Below, one piece after another: positions 1-13,733 of a DNA stretch of 64,000 nucleotides. The position numbers and the translations under genes were made by a program. The notes beneath the pieces are model-generated. The model saw only the letters and a program-made list of their open reading frames with translations, was not told where the DNA came from and made no database searches. The stretch's first letter is position 1; each line of letters begins with the position of its first letter. The DNA is from Oikopleura dioica (taxonomy: Eukaryota; Animalia; Chordata), in NCBI GenBank assembly GCA_907165135.1, contig OU015569.1, positions 3,038,001 through 3,102,000 of the forward strand, read 5' to 3'.

Positions 1-967
1 TTAGAACGGGCCGAGGCATTAACGTGATGCTGCGGGGAAACTAAGTCAAATATGCTGTCCGCACAGATGTCCCTTTTTTGACATGTGAATTTGCATCCAC
101 CTTGGATCGCTTTTGGGGCAGAACTTTTTATTAACAAAATCAAGTGTCTTCGCCCTAAAATTTCTTATATCTAAAGAAGCTTTAGATCAGTCAGTAGTAG
201 GTCAATCTGTCTGTCTAAAATCAAAAACCCCTTAAAATATCTTGAAAAGAAACTTTTATCAAACCATTTAAAATATCTCTTCCACGTAAAAAAGCTCGCT
301 TAAAAGTGGTATGGGTCTGTAAGAGGCTCGGAATGCGCCGCAGCCAAAACGTTTCGAATCTCAGAAGGCTGTAACGTCATAAACGTTTACAGAAAATTGG
401 CAAGTCCTTTTACGCAAGGGCGAAATATGCGTTTTTTCTTTGGCCAACGTTTTTTTTGTCTTTTCAAATTAGAAAATCAGCAGCCTTTGCTCCGAGCATC
501 TGTTTTATTAAAAATAAATTCCTTTTTATTAAAAAACCTCTTTCTGCTCAAGTAAAACGTCATATAGCCCCTGTAGCCTACTGTTAAACGTGCGAAAATT
601 CATGACAGAGTTTTGCTGTGCTTGAAGTATTTAATTCGCTGCGGGAAGATTTAGAAAGTATTTTCGTGCATGAAAATTATGTTTTTGCGTACGTAATTGA
701 GTGAGACCGGAAGTTAGGATCGTGTTGCCCGTTAAACATGAAATATAGGGAGTTCCCAAGACGCAAAATAGTAAGCTAGGCATTTAGCAAACACCCGTGA
801 CAGCCCTAAAACGTGCGCTGGCGATGGCACATGGATCGCGCGCGCGGCAGGGTTAAATTTGAAATCATTAAAAACGCCCCTTCTCATCCAGAAATCCGAT
901 TTTTAACTCATGCGAGAGGGATTATCAGGGAGAATCGAGCCTCAATTAATTTCAATTTCTCTGAAAA

Positions 968-1800
968 ATGTCCTGTTTTCCGACAAAATCGCTGAAATTT
1001 CTTTCAGAATCCATATCTTGGCAAGAACAGTTGATCAATCGATTGAGCCAACACACGATTTCAAACAGCTGGAGTCTGCATTCTAGCTCTCTCGAAGAAG
1101 ACGACTCATGCGCCGATCGCTGCATCCTGAACCCATCCAATCGTCTCTCGTGTGGCCGTTCGCGAAGCCGAGACCAGTGCGACTCGCTCAACTGTTGCTG
1201 GGACGCAGATTCCGAAATGTGCTACAAGCAGGTAAGACGCGATTAAACCTGCACTAAGGCCACTTTAAAATTTCTATTCAGGTATTCGATCACTGCCCGA
1301 AGGATACATGCGAGCGCATTGATCCTCAAGATCGACAAATGTGCTCAGAAATTCTCGGCCCAGATCTGAATCAGGAAGAATGCGCAGAACTCGGATGCTG
1401 CTATGATAGGAATGGATAGAAAACGATCTTAGCTTCGATTTTCCGTCACCACTTAAAAATCTATCGTTAGGGTTAGGGTTAGGGTTAGATCCAGGGTTAG
1501 GGCTAGAAATTCTAATTGTGGAAATTTGTTTTATTCATAAAATTTTTCTTGAAAAAAAATTTTGGCATTTTAGAGTAATTTGAGAGTGTGATTTTCTAAC
1601 CTGCTCAAAAAGTTACGTCGACTTTTGCTACTCATCGGTTCCAAAGGAGACCGCAATGGCACCTGCAACACTGGAATGCGAGAGCGTCGAATCTTCTCAG
1701 AAGGAGTCTTGTGGATATGGCCTGTCCCGTGACGCCTGTCTCGAGCGAACGGGTTGTTGCTGGCACGTGGATGAAAACGCATCCACTTATTGCTACAAGC
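968..1800 (+). CDS. Trefoil (P-type) domain repeat protein, three domains (5' end uncertain; probably continues to ~4383)
   Basis: Three exons each encode a six-Cys trefoil pattern: CILNPSNRLSCGRSRSRDQCDSLNCCWD..CY (~1120-1230), CERIDPQDRQMCSEILGPDLNQEECAELGCCYD (~1282-1415) and CESVESSQKESCGYGLSRDACLERTGCCWH..YCY (~1620-1800). GT-AG intron at 1231-1281. Confidence 0.8.
1466..1506 (+). repeat. Interstitial telomere-type (TTAGGG)n tract inside an intron
   Basis: gTTAGGGTTAGGGTTAGGGTTAG at 1466-1488, followed by cagggTTAGGGctag. Confidence 0.85.
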
Positions 1801-1904
1801 TAAGGATTTATAATCATAACTAAACTTTGCTCATCAATAATTTGGTCACTTATTGAGACACAGTGAATTGTGTAAAGAAAATAAGAAGATTGAATCCAAA
1901 ATAG

Positions 1905-4383
1905 TCTGCTATCGTTGGCGCGGCAAACAACTTCACTTCTTTGGCTGGATCGTCTCAAATCGACATTACGGTTGATGACATGGAACTCATGGTTTGACAG
2001 GGCTCCTTTATTTTGATTTCATTTCCTTTCTAGCCTCCAATCAATCTGAAAGTCGCAAACAGGGACCGTCAACAGGTAAACGCACTTATTTCTGACTCTC
2101 TTCAGTCCTCGTCTGCAACGATCCCCGGCTCCCTGCGAAAGAAGCTCCAGCAATGGACAAGCTACGGCGCCGCCTTCACGCAGAAGATAGAAGTCAGCTG
2201 CGCCACGAAATCGAAGGTAAAGCAAAAGACAGCGCTCGAATCGAAAATTTGAAAATTAAAATTTTAAGCCCCTCGACTGCATCAACAACAAAAACAGCGA
2301 AAAACTACTCGGACTACTCAAGGAGGAGATATCAAAGGCTAATTACGGGCTCGCTCACGTTGCTGACGAGTATAAGGCGAAGGAAATGCTACAGGGGCTT
2401 TATGATGTACTCAGGACAGGGTTGATACTTTAAAATGAAAGTCAAGGTCGATTGAAAAAGTCAAATTACGAAAATGCGCTAGAACTTATAAAGAATAACC
2501 CTGACAAAAGCTGGTTCTGCATGAACGAGCCATCTGCTCGTTTCTGTCGAACCCTGGTTCTCTCCGGTTTCACGCTGACAGAAGTGAACACCGAGGCCTT
2601 TTCGCCAGAAGAATTGATCGTGGAAGCGAACACGCGCTACGAGGCGTTCCTCCGATTGATGTGCGACTTCAAAATGCTTGGCTCCTTCAGACCGCAGTCC
2701 AGCTTTGGAGAAAGCTTCGAGACCGACCAGTGCTCGGCGACATTCCTGTTGATGCAGGTTCACACGCAGTCCCTGGATTCGGTGGAAATCATCCCCGTCC
2801 AGAGCAGCCACGCTTGCCATGCCGAAAAGGGATGTTGGAAGCAAATGAGGTAAGCATCATCTAAATGAGAAACGTTACGTTATGTCGACACGAATAATAT
2901 TGTGTTAACTTCGCAGAGGCAATTATTTCTTGGGTACATTGTAGACCGCTGTTGTCTATTGACTCAGCTCCGTTGTGGCCCAATCGAATTCGGACAATTC
3001 ATATATGACAATATATCTGGTAGATTCTACAACATAGAAATTCATAATTGAGCGAACATTCAATTCGGAAACCATCGAATTCCACTTCCGAATCGATAGA
3101 GGAAAAAATGAATATGGAGCTGTTTCGTTAACTATTTTTATTTCCGCCAAAAAGCGGAAGCTCACCAGTTTCAAATCATATTTGTCATGTGCGGCTTTAT
3201 CCTCTTTAATTTATTCAACCGCCGGAAGTTCTAAATAATTGATTGCCGCTTTCCGCCAAAATTCAACTTTGCATCAATAGAGGTCACTTCTACAGAACAA
3301 CTTCTACTGTGATGGTTTAAATTGGTTGTGAATTTCTAATAACAATAGAAATAAGAATAAACAAAACTGTGAAAGTTAACGAAAACCCCTCGTCGATATA
3401 TATTTTCACAAAGCAAGAGCCTATTTGTTTCTTTATACAAAGTAGAGACTGGTTATTAATCTATTACGTAGCCTGCGTGCGGCGATTATTGACTTGTTTG
3501 GGGAGTACACGCAAAGCTCGAAGAAGAAGTTCATCAACATGTGGCGAGACGCAATGAGCCCACTCTTGACTCCTCCGGAAGACTCCATTCTAATCGAGAG
3601 CAGTTGCATCAGACCCACTCTCAGCAAATTCATCCAGACCAGAGGTAAACAACTTAAGCTTATTTACGAAAAAACAATGATTTTCAAACAATGCTTCAAG
3701 CTGATTATTAATAACTCAGCTGATTGAAACGAATCCGAATCAATTTTAGAAACCGATCGCTTGAACTTTCAACTTGTGGGTATTTTAAAAAAAGGATTAT
3801 ACAATGGTTACGAGCACAAACTTGCACAAGAATGATGAATTTGACCTTTCTAAAAAATGCTCTCACGGGAGTTGAAACGAATCCGTCAAAGTTCAATTTC
3901 GAGCTCAATATAAAGCCACTTTCTAAACCCTACATATAGCAATAATTGCTGAAATTCGGCTAACTTTATCGCAAACAGGCGTTTGAAAGGCGCGTTTTTA
4001 TCATTTCCGCGTTCTCTCTTCTAAATCTGGACTTTTTAGATGATATGTCGAATCAGTTTGACAAAGCTCCCGCTCCGCAGAAGAAAGCTGGAGACCAGAC
4101 CAATTGAAGAATTCGGCGCTAGAATTGTCCGAGAATACGTCGGAATATTGAGCCCTTCCCTGTTGCTTTTGATGACCCTAAAAGCCTATTGTATACTACC
4201 TCAGACTGTACATAATAAATTAACTCTAATCCATGTTTAATTGAGTCCTTTATTGAAGTTTACAGACGTTTTGGAGCCTCAGAAAGAATCGGAAGCGGTA
4301 AAATTGGATATTATTTTGCTATTGATTGGCTCGAGTTCGACCATTTCTATACGGCCAAATCAGTAGTCGTCGAGAGTCAGTAA
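1905..4383 (+). CDS. Uncharacterised multi-exon coding region, probably the C-terminal part of the trefoil gene
   Basis: A chain of short exons flanked by GT/AG: PPINLKVANRDRQQ, SSSATIPGSLRKKLQQW, PLDCINNKNSEKLLGLL, ORF 2452-2853, FGEYTQSSKKKFINMWRD, and a last exon RRFGASERIG...VVESQ*. No domain recognised and some junction phases are unresolved. Confidence 0.5.
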
Positions 4384-5905
4384 AACATGTGTTACGCGTT
4401 GGCGCAAAAAAGTTACTACATTTGAAACGCCGTTTTTATACGTGACCTCTCCCACCAGTTTCCTCACTTAGGCAGCTCTCTCTTTCTCCATTTTAACAAT
4501 GATAAATTATGATTCAAGCAATAAATTTGATAATTTGATCAAGCAGGACTTCAAAGCAGCATTTTCTTTTCAGAGAAGGCTCCTCCTTTTTGTTCGATCG
4601 AAGCAGAATTAATGAAATTAAAAAATTGTTCGGATGAACATCAATAATTGTTTGGTAGAGTTGGAGTTGTCTGATTAAATTTAGGCCAGTTTTAAGTTGT
4701 AATAAATGATCAAAGGAGAGTGCTTGTTTACCTCAAAGCGTCGCAATATTATGGCAAGTGCGGAATCAATCGATTCTTGCTTCGAGTAATTTTGTGTCCA
4801 TCAATCGCCGAATTCTTTAAGTATTTCTTTCCCTTTGTTTTCTGTAAGCAAGTGTCTAGGGAGTAATTAGGGCCAGATGAGCACCAAACACAAGAAAAAG
4901 AGAGCTAGGCAATAATATTATGTTCACTTTTTCGAAGTACTTTTTGATAATTGAAGAAAAACAAAAAATATACTATACTATTGTTAATTGCCTAGTTGTC
5001 CAGTTAAAGTAGTTCTTAAAGATTGCTCATTGTCCGTAAGGGTTAGGTTTTGCGTTAACTGGAGGTTAATTAGGTCTACATTTCCACCACGAAACATATT
5101 CGAGACCTAACTGAAATGTATCTGAGGATTATCGATGTTGAATTCGACAGAGTGAGGGAAAGAGTAAAATCGAGTTGAAGTTCAATGAACGGCACGGACA
5201 AAACTTGTCAATTGATCTTTCTCAAGGACCGCTACAAAAGACCAAAAAGGAAATGAAAAACGTTCCTCAAATACTGTCTCGTCACTTGATTTTTACATTG
5301 TTCCCCAGTCGAAGATGTTACTCTTGAATTGCATGCGAAATCCAGAGCCTATGTGTTCATGGAATCGGTTCAAAAAGGGAGGGGACTTATGACTGTCAAC
5401 CAAAGGGGAGAGATCATTAGATAGAAATTATATAGAAAATAAATGCAAGGGAAACAGCAATAGGTAGTAAGGGGAATGTTCGATTAAGGCGATTAAGGCT
5501 AATTAGAAGAAGAGAAAGGTGCGCTAATCAAACCTCGTTGACAATGATCCGTCTTCTTTCCAATTTCGTCCGCTTCACTCGTCTCCAAATCTAAAAACGA
5601 AGAAAAATGAGCATTCGAAAGTTTGTCTTTGAACCTTTTTTGCAGAGACAGAAACTCTCCTCTCAGGCGTCGGCTTTCTTCAAATTTTCAACTGATAACG
5701 TTATCGCTAGAATCTTTTCAAGAGCATTTTCTGGAGCTTCGGAGGGTGAAAATTAAGTTCATCTAGCAGTAACGACAGCAAATTCGTTACAAAATTGGCT
5801 TTGATTGGCTCTAGCAAGCTGTCTTCTATTGAACGATCTCTGTAGTACTAACAATAATTAGTTGACCGCAAGACACGATTCTACAATGCTGGAGGAGGAT
5901 GTTTC

Positions 5906-6417
5906 GAGTGGTCGCCTCTCGCCCAGATCGCCTCTCGCCCAAGTCGCCTCCTGCCCAGATCGCCTCTTGCCCAACTTGGGCGGGAGGCGATCTTGGGCGA
6001 GAGGCGATGTGAGATTATTTTCAGTGTAAACTAACAAGGACAAATTCAAGTTGGGCGAGAGGCGATCTTCGGAAGAAGGCGTGGAACACTCAAAAATGAC
6101 TCCATTAGACTTCCCTATCATGACTTGCTCCCGCTCAGCAAGTACCTTTCGTCGTAAAGCCTGAACCATCTTTTTATTATTTCATTCGAACGAAATATTT
6201 CGCTAGATGAGCTGGTACAGTCAGGAAATTTTTGAACTTCTGACGAGTGAGGTAGCCGGTTGAGGTAGCAGGGGAACTGATACATGGTGAAGACGACTGA
6301 TGATATACTGATATATCGCCTCCTGCCCAGATCGCCTCTTGCCCAACTTGGGCGGGAGGCGATCTTGGGCGAGAGGCGATCTGGGCAAGAGGCGATCTGG
6401 GCGAGAGGCGACCACTC
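5906..6417. mobile_element. Non-autonomous Mutator/Foldback-like DNA transposon (512 bp) with modular TIRs
   Basis: Termini GAGTGGTCGCCTCTCGCCCAGATCGCCTCT / AGAGGCGATCTGGGCGAGAGGCGACCACTC are perfect inverted repeats. An exact 9-bp TSD GGATGTTTC lies at 5897-5905 and 6418-6426. The ~16-bp subterminal motif is repeated in both orientations. No transposase. Confidence 0.9.
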
Positions 6418-9400
6418 GGATGTTTCCCGTCCGATAGCAGACCAATTAAAAGTTTTTGAGTGGCGATCATTGTCGACCTACCGTATAATGCCGTATAACT
6501 TCGTCACCTCTCGTGGCATAAGCCGCTTTCCATTGTAATAAGTTACTCCTTCTCGCTCTAAAAGATCAAGTAGTAGCACTTGTTAAATCAATCTTTCTAA
6601 AATAGCCGCTAATAATGAAACAAGAGATAACTTTCGCTCCAATTCCGTAAGTACGAAAAGCGAAAAACTGCAAATAAGAAAGCCGGTAAAAAGAGACTGT
6701 CGCGCAGCAAAGAGCGGAATAAATGGAAGCTGGAAAGCAGCAGGCGGCATTTGGAGCACGAGCTCGTGTCTCAGACATTTCCGTGGGTTCACATTTTCTT
6801 TTGCTCGCTTCCTCGAACATGTGTACCCATTTGTAGCCGATTGCGATATCCTACAACCATAAGTACAGACAGGCGCCCTGAGTAGGCTCGTGAAAGAGCC
6901 GACGTGCGGGCCGACTTTATTGTCTTCTGAGCTTCGGCAGCGTCAACCCTTTCCTCCCCGCGCCTTTTTTCTTCGCCAGTAATTTTCTGCTGAGAAAATT
7001 GAAGCCGCGGAGGAGAGGTAGATGGCGGTTTCTAAAAAGAAACATTCAGATTTGGAATGATCTCGGTTCTGGTGGTGATACTTATTGGATTCTTGTATGG
7101 CATCACCACCATCGATCGAAACATCTATGCAAGTACATTCACGTTGTGAGACAACATTCCAAACAGAATTAATTGATTCCTGCTCTGCTTTGAAAGCAAA
7201 ATAGAAAACCCCCTTTTTATGCTTTTGGGCGTTTTCATTTTAAAATTGTATTTTTCTATTTTCAGTGTAAATTCTACTCGCTCAATTATCGAAAGATGTC
7301 ATTCCACGTGACAATTTTCGATAATCATTTACGAGCGAACGGATAAGGGAAACTGGAAGAAGATAAATACAACTTGTACTACTGAAAAGTTATTGTTGTA
7401 AAAAGGAGTTTATGCGTAAATTTGTATTAATTAGTCGTGTTCAGCAATTAATCAAAGCGGCGCGGCACGATCAAATGATCGAAAATGTGGAAAATGAAGG
7501 GACCTTGCTGCTAATTTGCATCGGCTTTCCAATGACTTTGGCACGGATATTCGAGAAATTACACAATCGCTTAAATTTTTGCATTTTTTAGGGTTAGGGT
7601 TACGATCTTATACACGAATAAAAAGTGTAAAAAGAGAACCTGCTTTACTGAATTCCAGCTTCCTGGTAAAAACTAGCAGCGTCCGGAGCCACTTATCATT
7701 TTTACGGCTTCCAACAGCGTCTCGAACTGACCCTTTTTAGTAGCCGCTGACCGCGAAAGCTGCCTCTTTCCCCTAAAACAAAACCCTTCGGAAGTCACTC
7801 GTGTTTATCAAATAACTGGCTGGCACGTTTAATTACCGTTTACCGTGGCAAAAACGAAAACAACAACTTCTAAGGGTCGCCGCGATCGGCGCAGATTTAC
7901 GGAAACAATCCATTCCATAATGAAATCAGATTGCGGGAAGTTAGAGAAACAATCGTAATTTGCCAGAACCAGAAATCTGATTTTCCAATTTTGTTAAGTC
8001 GAAAGTAGAATAGAACAAGGAAGGAGAGATTCTTGGGATAATTAAACGAGATAAAACATGGTCACACTTCTGACTAGTCAACTAGTAGTACAGTAACATG
8101 GGAGAAGAAATCGTGATAGAATGATAGAATTCTTGTCGCATTATTGAGCGAGTTTTCGGACGAGGTAATTAAATCGCTCGAATACCCAAATACCAAAGTT
8201 GCTCATCATGATCGGCATCGGCATGAATTCATGGACAGCATCCTCCGGCATCCAGCTCAAGTAAGTCTTCAAGCCTTCAGCTCGTTACGCGGTCACTTTC
8301 GATTTAGCTTCTATCAGTACACGTGGCTAACTACCATTTTTCGCTCGCTGATGTTTTCATCATCGTTAAAAAAATGGATGATGCTTTGAATTCAAAGGAA
8401 GCCTTATTAAGGATCATCGATCTTCTTTTCTTCCGCCCGTGTTAATGCTAATTCTTGATCGTGGCCTTACATTACTCTTAGTACACTTGCTTGGCGATAT
8501 TTTCGCTAAAAATAGAAAACACTTAATCTTCTCGGCTAAAAATTATCTTCCAATAGGTGGCAATAGATGTAATGCTATGTTATAATTTAAAACTGCCGAT
8601 TCAGCAGATTAACCAAGTGCTCTCATCTGCTTTACAATTCTAGTCAAGTACATCGACTGATAATGAGCTTGTCGAAACGTGCGATTATTGAACTGAAGCA
8701 ATCCGTTTTTCGAGTGCAGTTGACAATCAGAATTCGGAAATCAGTTGTTGAGCTTTTCGGATTCCGGGAAACCGAAATTATCAGCAATTAACTCTTTAAT
8801 TTTCTCATTTCTCAGCGATACAATGGAAGAACACTACGGGCGAAAATACATCCGCCGAATGTCGCTTGAGCTACTGAGTCCGTGAAAAAGAAGAAGAAAG
8901 CGGAAGTTGGAAAGGCTAACTACCAGAATAATAAACTAAGAAACACGTGTTCGAATATCAATCTTTAGAAAGGTTCCTTATTTAACGTGGAGCGGCAGAT
9001 GCGTGTCAAGGAGAAGTTATCGCTTGCACAAGATCCCATGGCTCTCAAATACGGCACCTTTGCTCCTACTTTGGAGCAAGCCATAATTCTATCCATAATC
9101 CGGAGGGTCAAAACCAACGATTTCCATTTCACGTTTTGACGCTACTCGACAATTTCAAATTTAAAAAAATCATCAATCATACTCTTTCAAATTCACTTAC
9201 TTTTAACCAATTTTAGTAACTGATATTTTTTCATAAACTCGTCTACACGTCAAAGTCGTCCTTGTTGTTTGGGTATATTCGCAGTAACTCGTGTTGTGAT
9301 GGAATTGGCGTTTGAATACAGCTTTGTTATCGTCGGGATGATCCGGGGATCACCAACTCATCCACTTTGCATTCACCTGTTGCGCCTTTTTAGAGAGTCA

Positions 9401-10816
9401 TTTTCAAAACACAAGTTTGTCTTTTCGGGATTATTTATTTTCGAGGATTCTTTTGTGAAAAGGAAGACGAGAGTTTGTTTGTCTGAAAAATCTATGGTAT
9501 TAATTCATAATTACGATTTTATTTTGAGAGACGATCTTATTTGATTATTGCTAGTTACGACTCTTCTTGTAACTCGCTCGTAAGAATCGCTATTTGTCCA
9601 GTTATATGCGGGCAAAGGTTAACTGCTCGTTGTTTGTAGGTGACGGGCTAAGCTGGCTTATTTGTATAAAACTAGAGTGGCGGGTAGGCTACTTCTAAGC
9701 GAACTGCTCAGATTTGAAGCGAACGAATAGCAATCGCGAGCTAGCAATTAATGTCGTCGAGTTGTGAAAACAAACTTATTCAGGCGCCGCTACATCTTCA
9801 AAACTCGAAATTATTATTTTCTGATTGAAGACATCTGTTTTCGCCCCTCCTCTTCTACCTCCGTGGGAAGCTGAAACTCATGGATGAAGAGGACATGGGA
9901 TTATTGATGGCAAACTTGAGCCAGGAGTCCGAAAATATCGTTCTGTCAATTTCCATAATGAGTAAATGACAAGAAGATTATCAAATCTTTTGATTCAAAT
10001 GTCAACTACAAAAGTTTGCAACTAAGTGAAAAATGTAATGACTGTAACAGTAAGAGGAGGATTCTAAGCTTTTTAACTGAGCTAGCTGTGCTAGGATTAG
10101 GCTGAAATACAGGAGTTAGCAAACACGCGATTTTGTCAAAGACGGATCCGGTTAATCCGGTTAATAACCGTTATCCGGAAATTATTGAGGGTAAAGGTGA
10201 CCGTTGAGTCGTTTCGTTTTGCGTAACCCAATAAATTTGGTCCTACAATGTCGATACATGGTCATTACAATGTGTATGATGTTAACTAGCATCAAGGACG
10301 TCTCTTTGAAGTCGCAGGGACGCATAAGGGGAGGTAAGAAATGCTTGTACCAAAATAGTTGCTGCTTCGAGATACATATTTTGAGTAGATGGTGATTGAC
10401 TAAAACGTGATTTTCCGATAGCGTGTTTGAAGCGCTTCAGAATTACGAGAGCAGCGGAAGACCAAGTGTTATCTAAGAAAATCTCAAGGCGGATTTCATT
10501 CCCAACCGAATTTTCTCAGCCGTTTTAGAATGCTAGAAAGCAAGTTCAGATGAGTTTTTTTATCTTGTTTATGAATGCCAAACTCTTTTATCCGAAAAAG
10601 ATAGCAAGAATTATTATTTTATCTATGTAAGTATAGAGATCTATCTTTTTTCTACACTGTATAGAAGCCTTTGCTAGCCATGTTACTTTTCGCTGTTACG
10701 AAAACGCGTAATCGGGACCTACCCGGTCTGTTCTCGCTGTTCTGTTTGATGCGCAAATGTCAATCTTGCACAGAGAGGTCGCTCGACAAGTTCGCCAAGG
10801 AATCTTCACTTTGAAA

Positions 10817-13463
10817 ATGCGTGTGCTCGGGTTACTTTTTTCCTTGGCACTTGCCGACAGAAGTCCGCTAGAAGCAAGAGATGATGGGAAGTTTTGGCTG
10901 AATGGCGAGCCGATTACGCTTGTTTCTGGATCTATCCACTACTTCCGTGTGCCCAACGAATACTGGCTAGGCAAGGATCATCAATAACCGTAGAGATTTC
11001 TAAAGCTTTGCAGTCGCTTGACAGTAGAGCTACTACTGTCAGAGTAACGCGTAATATTTTGCAACTTGAATGTCAGCAGCTGGCGATAGCAAAGTGGCTC
11101 AGTGGATGATCCTGCGGATGAGACCGCTTGACAAAGCTCAAATACGCAGGCCTCAATACCGTCGAGCTGTATGTCTCGTGGAATTTGCATGAGGACCGTT
11201 TTTCCTTTGATACAATTATAACTGATGCGCCATCTAATACGTGTAAAACAATGCGCCTGTGTTTATAATGATAATCGGCCACTATTCATGGTTAAACAAT
11301 CGAAAAACTTATTTAAAGCCTTACCAGGGCGAGTTCGACTTTTCGGGTGACTTGGATGTTGTCCGTTTCATCGAAATGGCCGAGGAACTTGGACTACATG
11401 TGATCTTCCGCCCTGGCCCGTACATTTGCGCCGAGTGGGAGTGGGGAGGACACCCGTACTGGCTTCTTCATGATACGGAAATGAAGGTACGCACTACCTA
11501 TCCTGGCTATTTGGAGGCTGTGGAGAACTTCTACCGCGAGTTGTTCGGTCGAGTTAACCATTTGATGTACCAAAACGGCGGCCCCATCATTGCCGTGCAA
11601 ATCGAAAACGAATACGCTGGATTTGCTGAGGCACAAAATATCGGTCCACTCGACCCGGCTTTCCTCACATGGCTCCGTCAATTGATCAAGGACCAGAACT
11701 GCGAAGAGCTTCTTTTCACTTCTGACGGAGGATGGGATTTCTATAAGTATCAACTCGAGGGAGATCCTTATGGACTCAACTTTGACGATGTTCTGAAAAC
11801 TGTTAACTTCCAGACAAATGCGAATTTATGGCTATCCGCCCTTGAAAACGTCCAAGTACGACTCTCATTTAGCTTCTCTTTCGTATGTTTTTGTAGCCAA
11901 ATAAGCCAATGATGGTTATGGAATGGTGGTCAGGCTGGTTCGACTTTTGGGGCTACCATCATCAGGGAACAACTCCGTAAGTAAATCTTCCAGATGCTGA
12001 TTTAAGATTCCATGCGGAATTTAAAAACCACGTTCTTCGACTGTCTATTGGATCGGACAAACCACAAAAAATTCTTAAGGGCCAGCTTTGAGGAAAACTT
12101 GCGATCAATCTTGAGCGCGAACGCTTCTGTCAACTACTACATGTTCCATGGGGGCACCAACTTTGGCTTCATGAACGGTGCCAATTTCAACACGAACTCG
12201 CAGACTGGCGGGCTCGAGTATCAACCAGGTCTGTTCTTCTGATCAACATCCAAAGACATTTTTCTAGTGATCACAAGCTACGACTATGACTGCCCCCTGT
12301 CCGAAGAAGGGCGAATTACTGAAAAGCTGGATATTACTCGAACTGTGGTTCAAGAAATTCTTGGATTTTCTCCCCCTGAAGAGCGACCTGCTGATCCCGA
12401 GATATTTGTTTACGAAACAACGGTGGCTTCTGAGGCGGCATCTCTCTGGAGAAATTTGGCCCAAGCTGAAACCTTCGCCTCCGAGGAATGTATCGCTATG
12501 GAGTGGTTCCCCGTTAATCAGGGTCGAGGTCAGCCCTATGGATACGCTCTTTACAGGTAGCGCAGTTTCTTGTAACTATGAGTAGTTATTGCTTTAGATC
12601 TCAAGCTTCGTTTCCAAAAGGAAACATCACTATCGACGGAATGGACAAGGCGCTCTCCGGTCGAGCAAACATCTTTGTCAACCAAGAACGAGTCTACTCG
12701 ATCACCAACACTCCCGGCAACCAGAACATTCTTTCCGAAATTCCCGTCGATATGCCTCAATGGGGCAATGTCGTCGATCTTTTGATCGAAAACTCTGGCC
12801 GAATAAACTACAAAAAACTTAACGACGCTTATATGGGATTGAAGGAACAGATTGGCTTCGGTGGCAATTTCGACGCTTCTTGGAATATCTGGTCGCTTCC
12901 TTTCGATCAGGAAAAAGGCTTAGAATTCGATCGGATTGATTACGATTAATTTCCGAGTCCACGAAGAAAGATTTAATAAAGGCTAATAAACGAAAAGCCC
13001 GAGTCAGGAGTACATCGAGAGTCTCAAGTGGGACTCCAATCCAGTGATGTTTATCGACGCGCCTGCGTTTTATAAATTCGATGTGTACGTCGACGAGCCC
13101 ATGGATGCATTCATAAACATGACCAAATGGGGCAAAGGTACGTGCCCATTTTGATTTCTTGTTGAAAACTGAAACAGGAGTCGTCTTCATAAATGGCCGC
13201 AATTTGGGACGGTACTGGTACATTGGTCCGCAGCAAACTCTCTACATCCCCAAGACCTTCCTGACCAGACGCGACTACAATTCAATCGTCGTTTTCGAAG
13301 AGATCCAAGGAACCGTTTCGAATTGATCAAACGTGTTTTTGATTTGATATAACTGCTCAATCACTATTTTGAAACGTGCGCAGCCCCTGAAATTCGTGAA
13401 ATCGAATTTTCAGCGACTCCGATTCTCGACGTGAATCAAGAAGAATGGCCCCAACCTCAATAA
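10817..13463 (+). CDS. Glycoside hydrolase family 35 beta-galactosidase (GLB1/GLB1L-like), with signal peptide
   Basis: GH35 motifs: SGSIHYFRVP, GLNTVELYVSWNLHE, RPGPYICAEWEWGG, PIIAVQIENEY (acid/base Glu), MEWWSGWFDFWG (nucleophile Glu), NYYMFHGGTNFG, TSYDYDCPL, NGRNLGRYW and GPQQTLYIP. N-terminal hydrophobic MRVLGLLFSLALA. Stop at 13461-13463. Confidence 0.95.
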
Positions 13464-13733
13464 ATTCATTTAACTGCTGCAAAAAGACAGCTAGAATAAA
13501 GAACTCACTCTCGCACAGATTCTTGCGGAAAACAGACGAGTACAGTTAGAGTAGCATTAAATTTCTTTATTGTGCAAATATCAGAGATAATAAATGGCTC
13601 TTTGTTTGATAGAGTGCGCTGGCTCTGAGACATAATTTCTGAAATTGATTCAGAGGCCGAAGTTATCCCAAAATAATATCTTTGCGGCGCCCAGCAGGAA
13701 AATGAAGCAAAACATGGCAACTAAAAATACAAT

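Noticed and set aside
5858-6538. Several overlapping ORFs with RSPLAQ/GQEAIWARGD repeats
   Set aside because: They are translations of the transposon's modular inverted repeats, not genes.
5520-6820. Possible minus-strand gene around the first transposon (e.g. EREGVTYYNGKRLMPREVTKLYGIIR)
   Set aside because: The fragments look protein-like but could not be joined into a consistent model, and no domain was recognised.
7000-10750. Long region with short ORFs (e.g. 8144-8389, 9269-9544)
   Set aside because: No recognisable domains, splice chains, TIR pairs or RNA genes. Left unannotated.
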